Assembly (NCBI GenBank): GCA_043753995.1 | Contig: JAYUVP010000344.1 | Coordinates: forward strand, 1 to 24,447 | Reading direction: 5' to 3' | DNA length: 24,447 nucleotides | Origin: Fibrobacterota bacterium | GTDB lineage: Bacteria > Fibrobacterota > Fibrobacteria > UBA11236 | Part shown: positions 1 to 8,550 of the stretch, in pieces | Numbering within the stretch: the stretch's first letter is position 1 | Layout: the number at the start of each line of letters is the position of its first letter | Program-made: the position numbers and the translations under genes | Notes under the pieces: generated by a model | Database searches by the model: none | Seen by the model: only the letters and a program-made list of their open reading frames with translations | What the model was told of the DNA's origin: nothing

Positions 1-499
1 TTTTACTGCGGACAAAAACCCGACGACTTTCGGCTGCTCGGCGGGCGGATGCAATTCCTCCGACTTCACCAAGGTCTGGAATGGGAATGGGTGGAATCAG
101 GTGCGGATTAAGTTCTACGGCGGCTTGACCCAAGGCACATCGGTCACCATGGAAACCTGGCTCCGCAAATCGCAAGTCCCGGAAGTGGCCTGGGTTCCTT
201 TATACAAAGCCTCTGAGCCGATCGTGACACCTGGCGGACCTATAGCCATCCAAATCCACGGCGGAACCGAAATGTGGAAAACGGGTGCTCTCAATGCGTA
301 CCGGAATATCAGAGTCCGGCCCTTGGATGATGCGGGCAATCCCCTGCAGCCCGTGGCCTTGCATCGACCTCAGGCTATTAAAGTCAATGCACCTAACGAT
401 CGTCGACTTGAAACCGCGCCTTGGAATCGAGCCGCCCGCATCGATAACCATCTCTATACGCTTCAAGGTCGCCGCGTCCAACGGAAGGCCTTGCCTTGA
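1..499 (+). CDS. DUF1080 (3-keto-disaccharide hydrolase-like) domain protein, 5'-partial, with a short C-terminal tail
   Basis: Frame is open from base 2 (FTADKNPTTFGC...VWNGNGWNQVRIKFYG) to TGA at 497-499. WNQVRI, GPIAIQIHGG and YRNIRVRPL match the typical DUF1080 C-terminal pattern (WN.., G.I.LQ.H, FRNI.I..L). Tail ends LYTLQGRRVQRKALP. Confidence 0.65.
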   Translation, partial: FTADKNPTTFGCSAGGCNSSDFTKVWNGNGWNQVRIKFYGGLTQGTSVTMETWLRKSQVPEVAWVPLYKASEPIVTPGGPIAIQIHGGTEMWKTGALNAYRNIRVRPLDDAGNPLQPVALHRPQAIKVNAPNDRRLETAPWNRAARIDNHLYTLQGRRVQRKALP

Positions 500-517
500 A
501 GGCCTGGCCCTCTAAAC

Positions 518-703
518 TCAAAACTGCGTGAAGAACTTCCAGGACTCAGCAGGGATCCAACTATCCTTGCCCACGTTCCCGGTGCCGCCGTCGCCAACAT
601 TGGCGATATGGCCGCCGTCGAAAGTGCAGGCCTTAACCGGGTACCCCTGCTTGCAACCTGTGAAGTCATAGCATTGTTCGGATGGGAGCCGCCTGAACCA
701 AGG
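518..703 (-). pseudogene. C-terminal remnant of a FaeC-like/CE1 (feruloyl esterase / PHB-depolymerase-like) alpha/beta hydrolase
   Basis: Hand translation of the minus strand 679->518 gives EQCYDFTGCKQGYPVKACTFDGGHIANVGDGGTGNVGKDSWIPAESWKFFTQF*. This matches the family C-terminus (GC..GYPV....FDGGH...W.....WKFF.QF). There is an in-frame stop at 706-704 and no usable start codon. Confidence 0.65.
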
Positions 704-1347
704 TCAGTTCCAGCACCTTGGGAACCATGTCGATCAAGGTGACACCCACCAAGCCTTCCACCACCTCTATTGTGACGGCCGGCGGATTAGTCGGTGAGGT
801 CCGCGGTGCCATTATCAAAAACATCAATACGGTCGGAGAAGTCATCGGTTGGGCTTATGCCGGCGGCATTCTTGGTCGCATCGTGAATGACGACCCCATT
901 AGTTCAGCGACGGAATTCTCCCAAGCCATTTCCCGTGGAAAGGTGACCTCGAATCGCAATCCCGACCGAGCCGGCACCATTGGATCCATGCGGGGCAACT
1001 TAATGGCTGGCAGCCACTGCAGTGTCTTTTTCAATTCGGAAACCGATGCCGGCACCCCATTTCCCACCAACGACATCGCCTGCAATGCGGGCCTGACCGC
1101 CCAAGAGCTGACCTTACCCCATGCTCCGCCCGATCGCTTGCTCAATCCCTATGTTGTCGGCTCGGTGATTACCCAGGCCATGATCGATGATTCGGATGGG
1201 GGATTGCAGCAATGCAACTTGGCTTCAGGTACGGATGACGATTGGGGATTCGGCACCTGTGGAAAACCATTTATTTGGAAAGCCAATTCCACGACCCAGT
1301 TCAATACCTTGGAGCGTATTCCCAGCCCAAGTGTGCAACCTCGGTAA
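697..1347 (+). pseudogene. Probable C-terminal fragment of a GLUG-motif secreted/surface protein (ORF track 718..1347)
   Basis: Contains AGGLVG and AGGILG GLUG-like repeats and a Cys/Trp-containing C-terminus. No signal peptide or RBS is visible. The frame opens right after TGA at 694-696. Confidence 0.5.
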
Positions 1348-1349
1348 GC

Positions 1350-1459
1350 GGTTTTGATGGGGGCGGGTGCCCCCTACGGCCAAGCCTCCGCGCGGCGCTT
1401 GCGGGGTCTTGGCCTACCCCCACCGCCCCAAGGGGCACCTCCCCTGCGGGCTTCAAACC
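1350..1459. repeat. GC-rich nested palindromic element (REP/REPIN-like or structured RNA/terminator)
   Basis: Inverted pairs: GGTTT 1350-1354/AAACC 1455-1459; GGTGCCCC 1366-1373/GGGGCACC 1432-1439; GGCCAAG 1378-1384/CTTGGCC 1408-1414; inner CCGC/GCGG. Confidence 0.55.
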
Positions 1460-1533
1460 TTTGTCGCACTTTTGGATTCTCGGTGCTTTTTGCTACTCGA
1501 CCGCTTTCGATTTACCTATGCTCCTAGCAAGTC

Positions 1534-1989
1534 ATGCTAAGCCTAAACCTTTCCGCCACCGCCGAATACGCCTTGCGTGCCATGTCCTGCCTTGCCGTGC
1601 TGGCCGAAGGTCATGCCCTGAATGCAGCCGAACTCTCCGAGCGCACCGCTGTGCCCCAGCACTATCTCAACAAGGTCATGCGTAAGCTGGTCCAAGCTGA
1701 ATTGGTCACGGCTGCGCGTGGGCATGGGGGAGGATTTCGCTTGGCGCGTCCGCCGAAAAAAATTTCCTACCAGGAAGTGCTTGAGGCGGCGGGCTATGAG
1801 AAGCGCGGGGATAGTTGTGTCTTCGGTTGGGGAAAATGTCGCGACACCCAACCCTGTCCCATGCATGAAAGTTGGAAAAAGCTGAATGAAGGCTTCGTGC
1901 AATGGGCCCATGACACGACTTTGGAGGAAGTGAGGCAGTATGCCCATGCCAGCGGAGCGGATAAGAAATTGCAGCTTCCGCCGAGTTAG
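1534..1989 (+). CDS. Rrf2 family transcriptional regulator, probably Fe-S binding
   Basis: EYALRAM, winged-HTH YLNKVMRKL and RGHGGGFRLARPP; C-x6-C-x5-C-x2-H (CVFGWGKCRDTQPCPMH). Confidence 0.92.
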   Translation: MLSLNLSATAEYALRAMSCLAVLAEGHALNAAELSERTAVPQHYLNKVMRKLVQAELVTAARGHGGGFRLARPPKKISYQEVLEAAGYEKRGDSCVFGWGKCRDTQPCPMHESWKKLNEGFVQWAHDTTLEEVRQYAHASGADKKLQLPPS

Positions 1990-2003
1990 CATCTTTCAGG
2001 AAT

Positions 2004-2960
2004 ATGAAATGGCTTAAACGATTGGCTCCTGGTTTGAAATACGCAATAGGAGCCGCGGCCTTATTCACCCTCATACGCACCGGCGCCCTCGATCCCAAAC
2101 GGATTGTCACGGCCATCAAAGAATCGCCCGGCCCCTTCCTTGTCGCTATGATCCTGTATCTTGGCGTCAATATTTTCGCTTCGGTGCGATGGTATTTGCT
2201 TCTACGCGCCGCTCAGGTCCAGGAATCGGGTTTTCGCGTTTTCCGGCTGCACATGGTGGGCGTTTTTTTCAGTGCCTTATTGCCGGGCGGCACGGCGGGC
2301 GATTTGGCCAAGGGCTTTTTTCTCTTTCGCCGTGATGATGCTGCGGCTTCGTCACGAGCCATAGCTTCCTTGGTTATGGATCGCATCACGGGCATGCTCG
2401 GACTTTTAAGCCTCGCCTTGATTACGGGTTGGAGCCAAACCCGGCTTTGGTGGCACCAGCCAGCGCTTCGCGCCTTTGAGGTGACCATACTCGTGATCCT
2501 ATTGATTGTATTGGCGATTTTAGGCCTTGCCCTGAGGCCCGAAACACCCGGGTTACGGTCGATTTATTCGGGGCTGAGACGATTGCCTGGGGGGGCTTTC
2601 ATTTCCGATGCGGCCCAGGCCTTGGCCGTCTATCGCGGGCAATGGGGCATTTTGTTTTCCGCCTTTTTGTTGAGCATGGCGGCGCATGCCTCTTTGGCAG
2701 CAGTGTATTGGGCTTGCGCTCACGCCCTCCAGGTAGACTTGGCTTGGAGCGATCATTTATTCGCCGGGCCTTTGTGCACCTTGCTCAATGGCTTACCCAT
2801 AGCGCCCGCGGGGCTTGGGGTAGGGGAGGCATTCGGCAAATGGCTTTATGCCTTATTGGGCGTAGACTCCGGCGGGGAAATACTGGCCCTATTGCACATT
2901 TGCGTTTTCCTCACGGCCGCATTTTGCTCTTTAGCCTATTGGTTCGAGCGACGCAACTAA
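2004..2960 (+). CDS. UPF0104 / lysylphosphatidylglycerol synthase TM-domain (flippase-like) membrane protein
   Basis: Polytopic hydrophobic protein with RWYLLL, FFSALLPGGTAGDLAK, MDRITG and LPIAPAGLGVGE motifs. Confidence 0.85.
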   Translation: MKWLKRLAPGLKYAIGAAALFTLIRTGALDPKRIVTAIKESPGPFLVAMILYLGVNIFASVRWYLLLRAAQVQESGFRVFRLHMVGVFFSALLPGGTAGDLAKGFFLFRRDDAAASSRAIASLVMDRITGMLGLLSLALITGWSQTRLWWHQPALRAFEVTILVILLIVLAILGLALRPETPGLRSIYSGLRRLPGGAFISDAAQALAVYRGQWGILFSAFLLSMAAHASLAAVYWACAHALQVDLAWSDHLFAGPLCTLLNGLPIAPAGLGVGEAFGKWLYALLGVDSGGEILALLHICVFLTAAFCSLAYWFERRN

Positions 2961-2982
2961 CAAGAGCCGCTAAGGGGCGGAA

Positions 2983-3723
2983 TTAAAACCAACCCAGCCC
3001 CATCAGTTTGCCTAGGCCAATAGCGGGCGCGTGTACCGCACGCAAGCGAGTTTCACCGAGACTGAGGCGCAAGCCTTGAGTAGCCCCGAGCAAGGCATTA
3101 ATTTCCCCGGACGAAAAGCCGCCTTCTGGGCCGACCAATAAGGCAAAGGGCTTTGCGCTAGGCGGGCCGAGTTTGTCTTCGCCCGGATGCGCGACTATCC
3201 AATCCCAATCCAGATGGGCCTGACACCAGGCGGATAGTGACATGGGGGCGTGAATACGAGTAAGATAGGGCTTGCGGGCCTGCTTCAAAGCCACCACCGA
3301 TTTTTGCCTCAAGCGAGTCACAAGCTTTTCATGATCTTGCCCCGAAAAGACCTGGGCATGATCGGTGATGAGCAAATGCACATCGCTTAAGGCGAGTTCG
3401 CATGCCGCCGCAATGGGGTCTTCGCAATCGCGGCCTTTGAGCAGGGCTAGGGCCAAGGAGGCCTTCGGCCTTTCCGTGTGGGCCGTGATTTGAATAACAG
3501 GTGTGACCAGGGCCTTTTGGCGATCCCCTTCCAGCCGACAGCGAAAAACGCACCCCTCGCCATCGCTGACAACAATGTCCTGCCCTGATCGCAATCGGAG
3601 TACGCTAAAGGCATGATGGGCTTCTTCTTCTGGCAGGCTTTGCGGACCACCATCGGCGTCCAAGGGAGCATAAAACCAGGTTTCGTCGAAGCTGTGATTC
3701 GCAAGCGAAGAAGGCGATGCCAT
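2983..3723 (-). CDS. rsmE: 16S rRNA (uracil(1498)-N3)-methyltransferase
   Basis: EAHHAFSVLRL, SPOUT motifs LVGPEGGFS and LSLGETRLRA. Confidence 0.88.
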   Translation of the reverse strand: MASPSSLANHSFDETWFYAPLDADGGPQSLPEEEAHHAFSVLRLRSGQDIVVSDGEGCVFRCRLEGDRQKALVTPVIQITAHTERPKASLALALLKGRDCEDPIAAACELALSDVHLLITDHAQVFSGQDHEKLVTRLRQKSVVALKQARKPYLTRIHAPMSLSAWCQAHLDWDWIVAHPGEDKLGPPSAKPFALLVGPEGGFSSGEINALLGATQGLRLSLGETRLRAVHAPAIGLGKLMGLGWF

Positions 3724-3726
3724 GAA

Positions 3727-3756
3727 AGTCCCTAATAATCCTTAATAGTCCCTAAA
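3727..3756. repeat. Three imperfect tandem 10-bp direct repeats upstream of rsmE
   Basis: AGTCCCTAAT / AATCCTTAAT / AGTCCCTAAA fill most of the 36-bp intergenic gap. Confidence 0.6.
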
Positions 3757-3759
3757 AGA

Positions 3760-4068
3760 TTAGCGCAACTTGGCGCGCAAATAGGCGATGAGATTGTAAT
3801 CGAGACCCACTCGATAGGCATAATAGCCCGCTCCGGCGGCGACGAGCAAAACCAACAAGGCATGCAGGGCCACCTTACCGAATCCAGCCTGCTTGGTCAT
3901 CATGGCCCACAATCCCACGCCCACCACCGCGAGACTTGACGCACCCGCGCCGCTCAGTGCCAAAAACACCACAGCTTGATCACGCCACAAATGTGGGTAA
4001 AGGTGAAAGACGACGGCGGTGGCCGCCAAAATCATGACATTGAGGAGATGGAGATAAATCAGGGCCAT
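3760..4068 (-). CDS. Small hypothetical membrane protein (102 aa, about 3 TM helices)
   Basis: Start moved to ATG 4068 (MALIYLHLL...) to avoid overlap with the radical SAM gene. Three hydrophobic stretches. Fills the gap between co-oriented genes. Confidence 0.7.
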   Translation of the reverse strand: MALIYLHLLNVMILAATAVVFHLYPHLWRDQAVVFLALSGAGASSLAVVGVGLWAMMTKQAGFGKVALHALLVLLVAAGAGYYAYRVGLDYNLIAYLRAKLR

Positions 4069-4097
4069 AATCGTTGGGTTTCCGTGCCTATCGAGGC

Positions 4098-4994
4098 TCA
4101 ATCCGCCGTCGCGAAAACCTGGGCTGGGATGCCTAGAATGCGGACCGAATCTGCAATGGCCAGCAAAGCAGGCATTTCCAGCGGCGTGCAAAGCGCCTCC
4201 GCCGGAGGCCGTGCCAGGCTATAAAGTTGCACCCCGCGAATCCGCGCTCCACTGTTTTGGATGCGTCGCAAGCGATCGATATAGGCGGTGATTTCACTGT
4301 CGGGGGGGGCTTCGCCATCCATGCGGCAAAAAAAACTTTGCACCGTAAAGGGATGGCGACTACCCAGTTTTATCAAGTTGGTTTCAATGCGATCGAGAGA
4401 AAGGCGAGAAACATTAACGCGCTGAAAATACGCCTCGGTGCCCGCATCCAGCTTGGCCCAAACTTCTCCGGATTGGCCTAGCAAATGGTCAATGCCCCGT
4501 AGCACAGGTTCGCGATCGAGGAGGGTAGCATTGGTGATGAGAATGAGTTTGAATGGCGGATGGGGATGCCTTTGCTGCAATTCACCGAGGGCTCGGCATA
4601 AGGCTTCGAATTCAGGCACCATGGTGGGCTCACCGTCGCCCGAAAGGGCCACATCGTGGAGCCGCTTCTGTGCATCGGGCACAGCGGCGAAGCGAGGTAG
4701 TCTACAAATCCCCTCGGCATCGAAGGATTCCAGCAGGGAATTCACCTCATGGATCAATTGCGATTCATCGAGTAGTTGCGGTAAGCCTGGTTGATGGCGA
4801 TTGACCTGGCAATAGGGGCAGGCGAAATTGCAAATCTTGTCGAGGTTGAGATTGACGCCGATGGAGACACCGCCCGAGCGCCGGGAAATCACGGCATAGG
4901 CATAGCGAAAGTCCTCGAAGCGCCGGGGATGATGGCGTTGCGATAGGCCTAAAGCCGAAGGTTCGCTAGGAGTGCCGGAGCCCATTTCTTCCAT
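4098..4994 (-). CDS. Uncharacterised radical SAM protein (COG0731-like)
   Basis: SRRSGGVSIGVNL, CNFACPYC (CxxxCxxC), SGDGEPT, LITNATL, WAKLDAG. Confidence 0.88.
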   Translation of the reverse strand: MEEMGSGTPSEPSALGLSQRHHPRRFEDFRYAYAVISRRSGGVSIGVNLNLDKICNFACPYCQVNRHQPGLPQLLDESQLIHEVNSLLESFDAEGICRLPRFAAVPDAQKRLHDVALSGDGEPTMVPEFEALCRALGELQQRHPHPPFKLILITNATLLDREPVLRGIDHLLGQSGEVWAKLDAGTEAYFQRVNVSRLSLDRIETNLIKLGSRHPFTVQSFFCRMDGEAPPDSEITAYIDRLRRIQNSGARIRGVQLYSLARPPAEALCTPLEMPALLAIADSVRILGIPAQVFATAD

Positions 4995-5066
4995 GGCCGT
5001 AAGTGTAGCACTGAGTCCGCGGCAATGAGCCTAGGCCCCGGCACTCGAATGCCTATTTTCCAGGGG

Positions 5067-6158
5067 ATGGATTCCAATGCCTGGATGCAGCTTGCTTTTG
5101 ACGAGGCCTTGAAAGTGAAAGGCAAAACCTTGCCCAATCCCGCCGTGGGCGCAATCTTGGTCAAGCGGGGCCGATTATTGGCTGTGGGTGGCACCCAGGC
5201 GGCGGGTCAGGCCCATGCCGAAATCATGGCCTTGCGCGCCGCGGGCGATAAGGCCCGGGGGAGTAGCCTGTATGTGACCCTGGAGCCCTGTTGCCATTAT
5301 GGCCGCACTCCGCCCTGCACCGAAGCCATCATTGCCGCGGGCATCAAGCATGTCTTCGTGAGCCATCGCGATCCCAATCCCAAGGTCGCGGGGGAGGGAG
5401 TGGCCCAATTGCGCCGCGCAGGAATCGAGGTGACGGAAGGGGTGCTTGCCTCGCAGGGGGAGGCCTTTTACCGACATTTCGCTTTTTTCATTCGTCACGG
5501 GCGGCCGCGCATCCTTTTGAAAATCGCCCAAAGTTTGGACGGTCACATCAACGCCTCACCGGGAAAAAGAACCGCGATCACCGGCTCGGAGTCGCAAAAG
5601 GTCAGCCATCAATTGAGAATCGAGGCGGATGCTTGGGCCATCGGCGCCGAAACCCTGCGCTGCGATAATCCAGATTTAAGGCCTCGATTGGTGTCCGGGC
5701 CTACTCCCGAGGCCTTGGTTTTAACGCGTGGATTGCAACCCTTGCCTCGCCGGGCCAATCTTTTCTCTCCTCATCGCGAGGGGAAGGTGCGCGTGCTCAG
5801 CCCGGTTCGTCCGTCGTCCCTCCCGGAACATATTGCTCACTCGGGCTTACCCAAGGTGACCCGCCATTCAGGCAAAGCCTTGGTGAAAAACCTATTGCAG
5901 GATTTTCGCGAGCAAGGATATCACCTTGTGGTTCTAGAAGGCGGCCGCAGCCTCTGGCACCCATTTTTGCAGGCCGAAGCCTGGGACGAATTATGGCTGT
6001 TCACCGCGCCACGTTTTTTGCCCCGAGGCGAAACTTGGTCTGGCGATTTGTCCCGCGGGTGGGATAAGGATCTTGTTTTTCGTAGCTTTACGGCGCTTGG
6101 AGAGGATACTTTGACCGTGTTTCAACGCCATTCCCCTGCCGCAAAGCGGAACGACTGA
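5067..6158 (+). CDS. ribD: Bifunctional diaminohydroxyphosphoribosylaminopyrimidine deaminase / 5-amino-6-(5-phosphoribosylamino)uracil reductase
   Basis: PNPAVGA, HAE, TLEPCCHYGRTPPC Zn motif, AQSLDG, ETLRCDNP, LEGG. Start uncertain (ATG at 5025, 5049 or 5067). Confidence 0.95.
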   Translation: MDSNAWMQLAFDEALKVKGKTLPNPAVGAILVKRGRLLAVGGTQAAGQAHAEIMALRAAGDKARGSSLYVTLEPCCHYGRTPPCTEAIIAAGIKHVFVSHRDPNPKVAGEGVAQLRRAGIEVTEGVLASQGEAFYRHFAFFIRHGRPRILLKIAQSLDGHINASPGKRTAITGSESQKVSHQLRIEADAWAIGAETLRCDNPDLRPRLVSGPTPEALVLTRGLQPLPRRANLFSPHREGKVRVLSPVRPSSLPEHIAHSGLPKVTRHSGKALVKNLLQDFREQGYHLVVLEGGRSLWHPFLQAEAWDELWLFTAPRFLPRGETWSGDLSRGWDKDLVFRSFTALGEDTLTVFQRHSPAAKRND

Positions 6159-6186
6159 CGCTTCAGTCGCAAAGAAATCTGCATCT

Positions 6187-6888
6187 ATGTTCACGGGCAT
6201 CATCGTCACAGTCGGCAAGGTGACGGCTAAAACCGCATCGGGAACGGCAACACGTTTTGAAATCGAAGCACCAGATTTGATCCCGTCTTTGAAACCCGGC
6301 GACAGTGTGAGTTGTGAAGGGGCCTGCCTGACGGTCGAAAGTCTTTCCTCCAAGAGTTTCACCGTTTGTGCGGTGCAAGAAACCTTGGCCCTAACCAATT
6401 TATCCTCGTGGAATGTCGGTTCTTCGGTGAACCTAGAGCCAGCCATGCTGGCCGATGACCGCCTCGGCGGGCATTTCGTCTTGGGCCATGTCGACGGCGT
6501 CGGAATTTGCGAATCTTTTTTGCCGCTCGATGGAGGAGGGGGAGAGTGGCGCATCCGCCTTCCCGAGTCCCTCATGGTTTATTGCGTCTTCAAAGGCTCC
6601 ATCACGGTTTGCGGTACCAGCCTGACCATAGCTGGGCTGGAGGGGAGCCAAGTTCGCATCGCCCTCATTCCCCATACCCTTTCTCATACCACTCTGGGCG
6701 GAAAAAATCCGGGTGACAAGCTCAATATTGAAGTCGACATCCTGGCAAAACATGTCGAGCGCATGTTGGCCGCCTGGAAGCCCCTTCCGTTTTCCAGTGA
6801 AGCCGAAAAAAAATCTGCTCCACGCTTGACCTTGGGTGATTTGTCCGCATGGGGTTATGCGCCCGCCTCGGCTGAAAGCGCCACATGA
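6187..6888 (+). CDS. ribE: Riboflavin synthase (alpha chain; ribC in E. coli nomenclature)
   Basis: MFTGII N-terminus, GACLTV, RLGGHFVLGHVDG, KGSITVCGTSLT, NIEVDILAKHV. Confidence 0.96.
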   Translation: MFTGIIVTVGKVTAKTASGTATRFEIEAPDLIPSLKPGDSVSCEGACLTVESLSSKSFTVCAVQETLALTNLSSWNVGSSVNLEPAMLADDRLGGHFVLGHVDGVGICESFLPLDGGGGEWRIRLPESLMVYCVFKGSITVCGTSLTIAGLEGSQVRIALIPHTLSHTTLGGKNPGDKLNIEVDILAKHVERMLAAWKPLPFSSEAEKKSAPRLTLGDLSAWGYAPASAESAT

Positions 6889-8099
6889 CGCGCAAAGCTC
6901 CGCGCCCGGCTTCCAAAGCCTCGACATTCGATTCCATTGCCGAGGCCATCACCGCCATTCGCAAAGGTCAAATGGTCGTGGTCGTGGACGATCGCAATCG
7001 CGAAAACGAAGGCGACGTGGTTTTCGCCGCCAGCAAATCGACCCCAGCCAAGATCAATTTTTTAGCCAAGCATGCGCGCGGACTCATTTGCGTCGCCATG
7101 ACTTCGGATCGCGTCGAAGCCCTCGAATTGCCCATGATGGTGCAGGACAACCTGTCGCGTCATGAAACTGCCTTCACGGTTTCGGTAGAGGCTAAGCATG
7201 GCACGACTACCGGTATTTCCGCCGCCGACCGTTCTTTGACGGCTAAGCTCTTAGCCGATGAAAAAAGCGTTGCCAGGGATTTCGTTTCACCCGGACATGT
7301 TTTTCCCATCAAGGCGCGGCGAGGCGGCGTTTTGGTACGGGCAGGGCATACCGAGGCCGCCGTGGATTTGGTGAGTATGGCCGGTTTGGGAACGGCCGGC
7401 GTCATTTGCGAAATCATGAATGAAAATGGCAGCATGGCGCGCCTGCAAGACTGCGCCCGCTTTGCTAAGACGCATGGCTTGCCCATTATCAGCGTCGAAG
7501 ACCTCATCGGCCATCGCCGTACTCGCGAAAAATTGGTGAAGGTCGTGGCCGAATCGGAAATCATCACTCCCTTCGGGCCCTTTCAAGCCAAGCTTTATGA
7601 AGACGTAATTCATGGCCGTCGCCACATGGCCCTGGTACGCGGGACTATACAACCCAATAAGCCGGTCTTAGTCCGCGTGCATTCCGAGAATTTGCTGGAA
7701 GATGTCTTTTGGGCCAATCCCGGCATCGGAGATCGCGTCCATGTCGCTTTAGCCGCCATCGCTGAAAAAGGCGGGGTCTTTCTTTATATGCGCCCCGCCG
7801 ATGCCGGCGAAGATTTGCCGGCTTGGCTTTCCATGCTCGGTAAAAAAGGCACATTCTCCGCCTCGGCCAAGGCCTTGACGCATCCTATGGATTCGCGCAC
7901 CTTCGGCATAGGAGCCCAAATTCTCTTTGACCTTGGCATACGCCACCTGGAATTGATGACCAATAATCAACGCCGCATTCAAGGCCTGGAAGGCTATGGC
8001 ATTAAAATCGCCCGCCAAGTCGCCATGCCCGCAGCCCCTAAACCCAAGGTCGTTGCCGTAGGTCGCGCCGACCGAAAGGACAAATATGCCCGTGATTAA
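6885..8099 (+). CDS. ribB: 3,4-dihydroxy-2-butanone-4-phosphate synthase fused to a degenerate GTP cyclohydrolase II-like domain (RibBX type)
   Basis: RibB motifs intact ([41 protein letters not shown]). C-terminal domain keeps RVHSE and GIGAQIL..LG..MTNN but lacks the Zn-binding cysteines. Confidence 0.92.
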   Translation: MTRKAPRPASKASTFDSIAEAITAIRKGQMVVVVDDRNRENEGDVVFAASKSTPAKINFLAKHARGLICVAMTSDRVEALELPMMVQDNLSRHETAFTVSVEAKHGTTTGISAADRSLTAKLLADEKSVARDFVSPGHVFPIKARRGGVLVRAGHTEAAVDLVSMAGLGTAGVICEIMNENGSMARLQDCARFAKTHGLPIISVEDLIGHRRTREKLVKVVAESEIITPFGPFQAKLYEDVIHGRRHMALVRGTIQPNKPVLVRVHSENLLEDVFWANPGIGDRVHVALAAIAEKGGVFLYMRPADAGEDLPAWLSMLGKKGTFSASAKALTHPMDSRTFGIGAQILFDLGIRHLELMTNNQRRIQGLEGYGIKIARQVAMPAAPKPKVVAVGRADRKDKYARD

Positions 8100-8550
8100 A
8101 GGCCAATTCAGTGGTCAAGGGCGGCATTTCGCCATCGTTGTCGCCCGGTTTAATGAATTGGTCACCGAAAAGCTTTTGGAAGGTGCCCAGGACTGCCTTC
8201 AACGCCATGGCGTTCAGCCTGAGCACATCACCGTGGCCTATGTGCCCGGGGCTTGCGAAATTCCCCAAGTGGCCCAGCGTTTGGCCGCCTCAGGAAAGTT
8301 TCAAGCCGTCATCACCTTAGGCTGCGTGATTCGAGGCGCTACCGCGCATTTCGACCATGTGGCCGCCACCGCCACGCGCGGCGTGGCTGAAGTGGCTTCG
8401 CGCACGGGTTTGCCAGTGATATTCGGCGTGCTCACCACGGAAAACATCGAACAAGCCTTGGAGCGTGCTGGCACTAAAGCTGGCAATAAGGGCTGGGATT
8501 GCGCTTTGGCGGCCCTGGAAATGGCTGACCTATGGACCAAGCTGCCATGA
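8086..8550 (+). CDS. ribH: 6,7-dimethyl-8-ribityllumazine synthase
   Basis: VARFN, VPGACEIP, GCVIRGATAHFD, FGVLTT, QALERAGTKAGNKG. Confidence 0.97.
   Translation: MPVIKGQFSGQGRHFAIVVARFNELVTEKLLEGAQDCLQRHGVQPEHITVAYVPGACEIPQVAQRLAASGKFQAVITLGCVIRGATAHFDHVAATATRGVAEVASRTGLPVIFGVLTTENIEQALERAGTKAGNKGWDCALAALEMADLWTKLP

Noticed and set aside
486..505. Hairpin AGGCCTT-N6-AAGGCCT at the convergent gene ends
   Set aside because: 7-bp stem overlapping the stop codon with no U tract; too weak to call a terminator.
463..669. 68-aa minus-strand ORF from the track
   Set aside because: No recognisable motif. A different minus-strand frame carries the convincing esterase remnant.
1490..1530. Possible Rrf2 operator (TTGCTA...TAGCAA; TCGA-N6-TCGA)
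   Set aside because: Short arms or long spacer, and no clear match to IscR or NsrR motifs.
1242..1685. 147-aa ORF spanning the palindrome
   Set aside because: Overlaps two better-supported frames. Its composition reflects the GC-rich repeat.
4995..5066. FMN riboswitch upstream of ribD
   Set aside because: The gap is too short and shows no RFN consensus segments.
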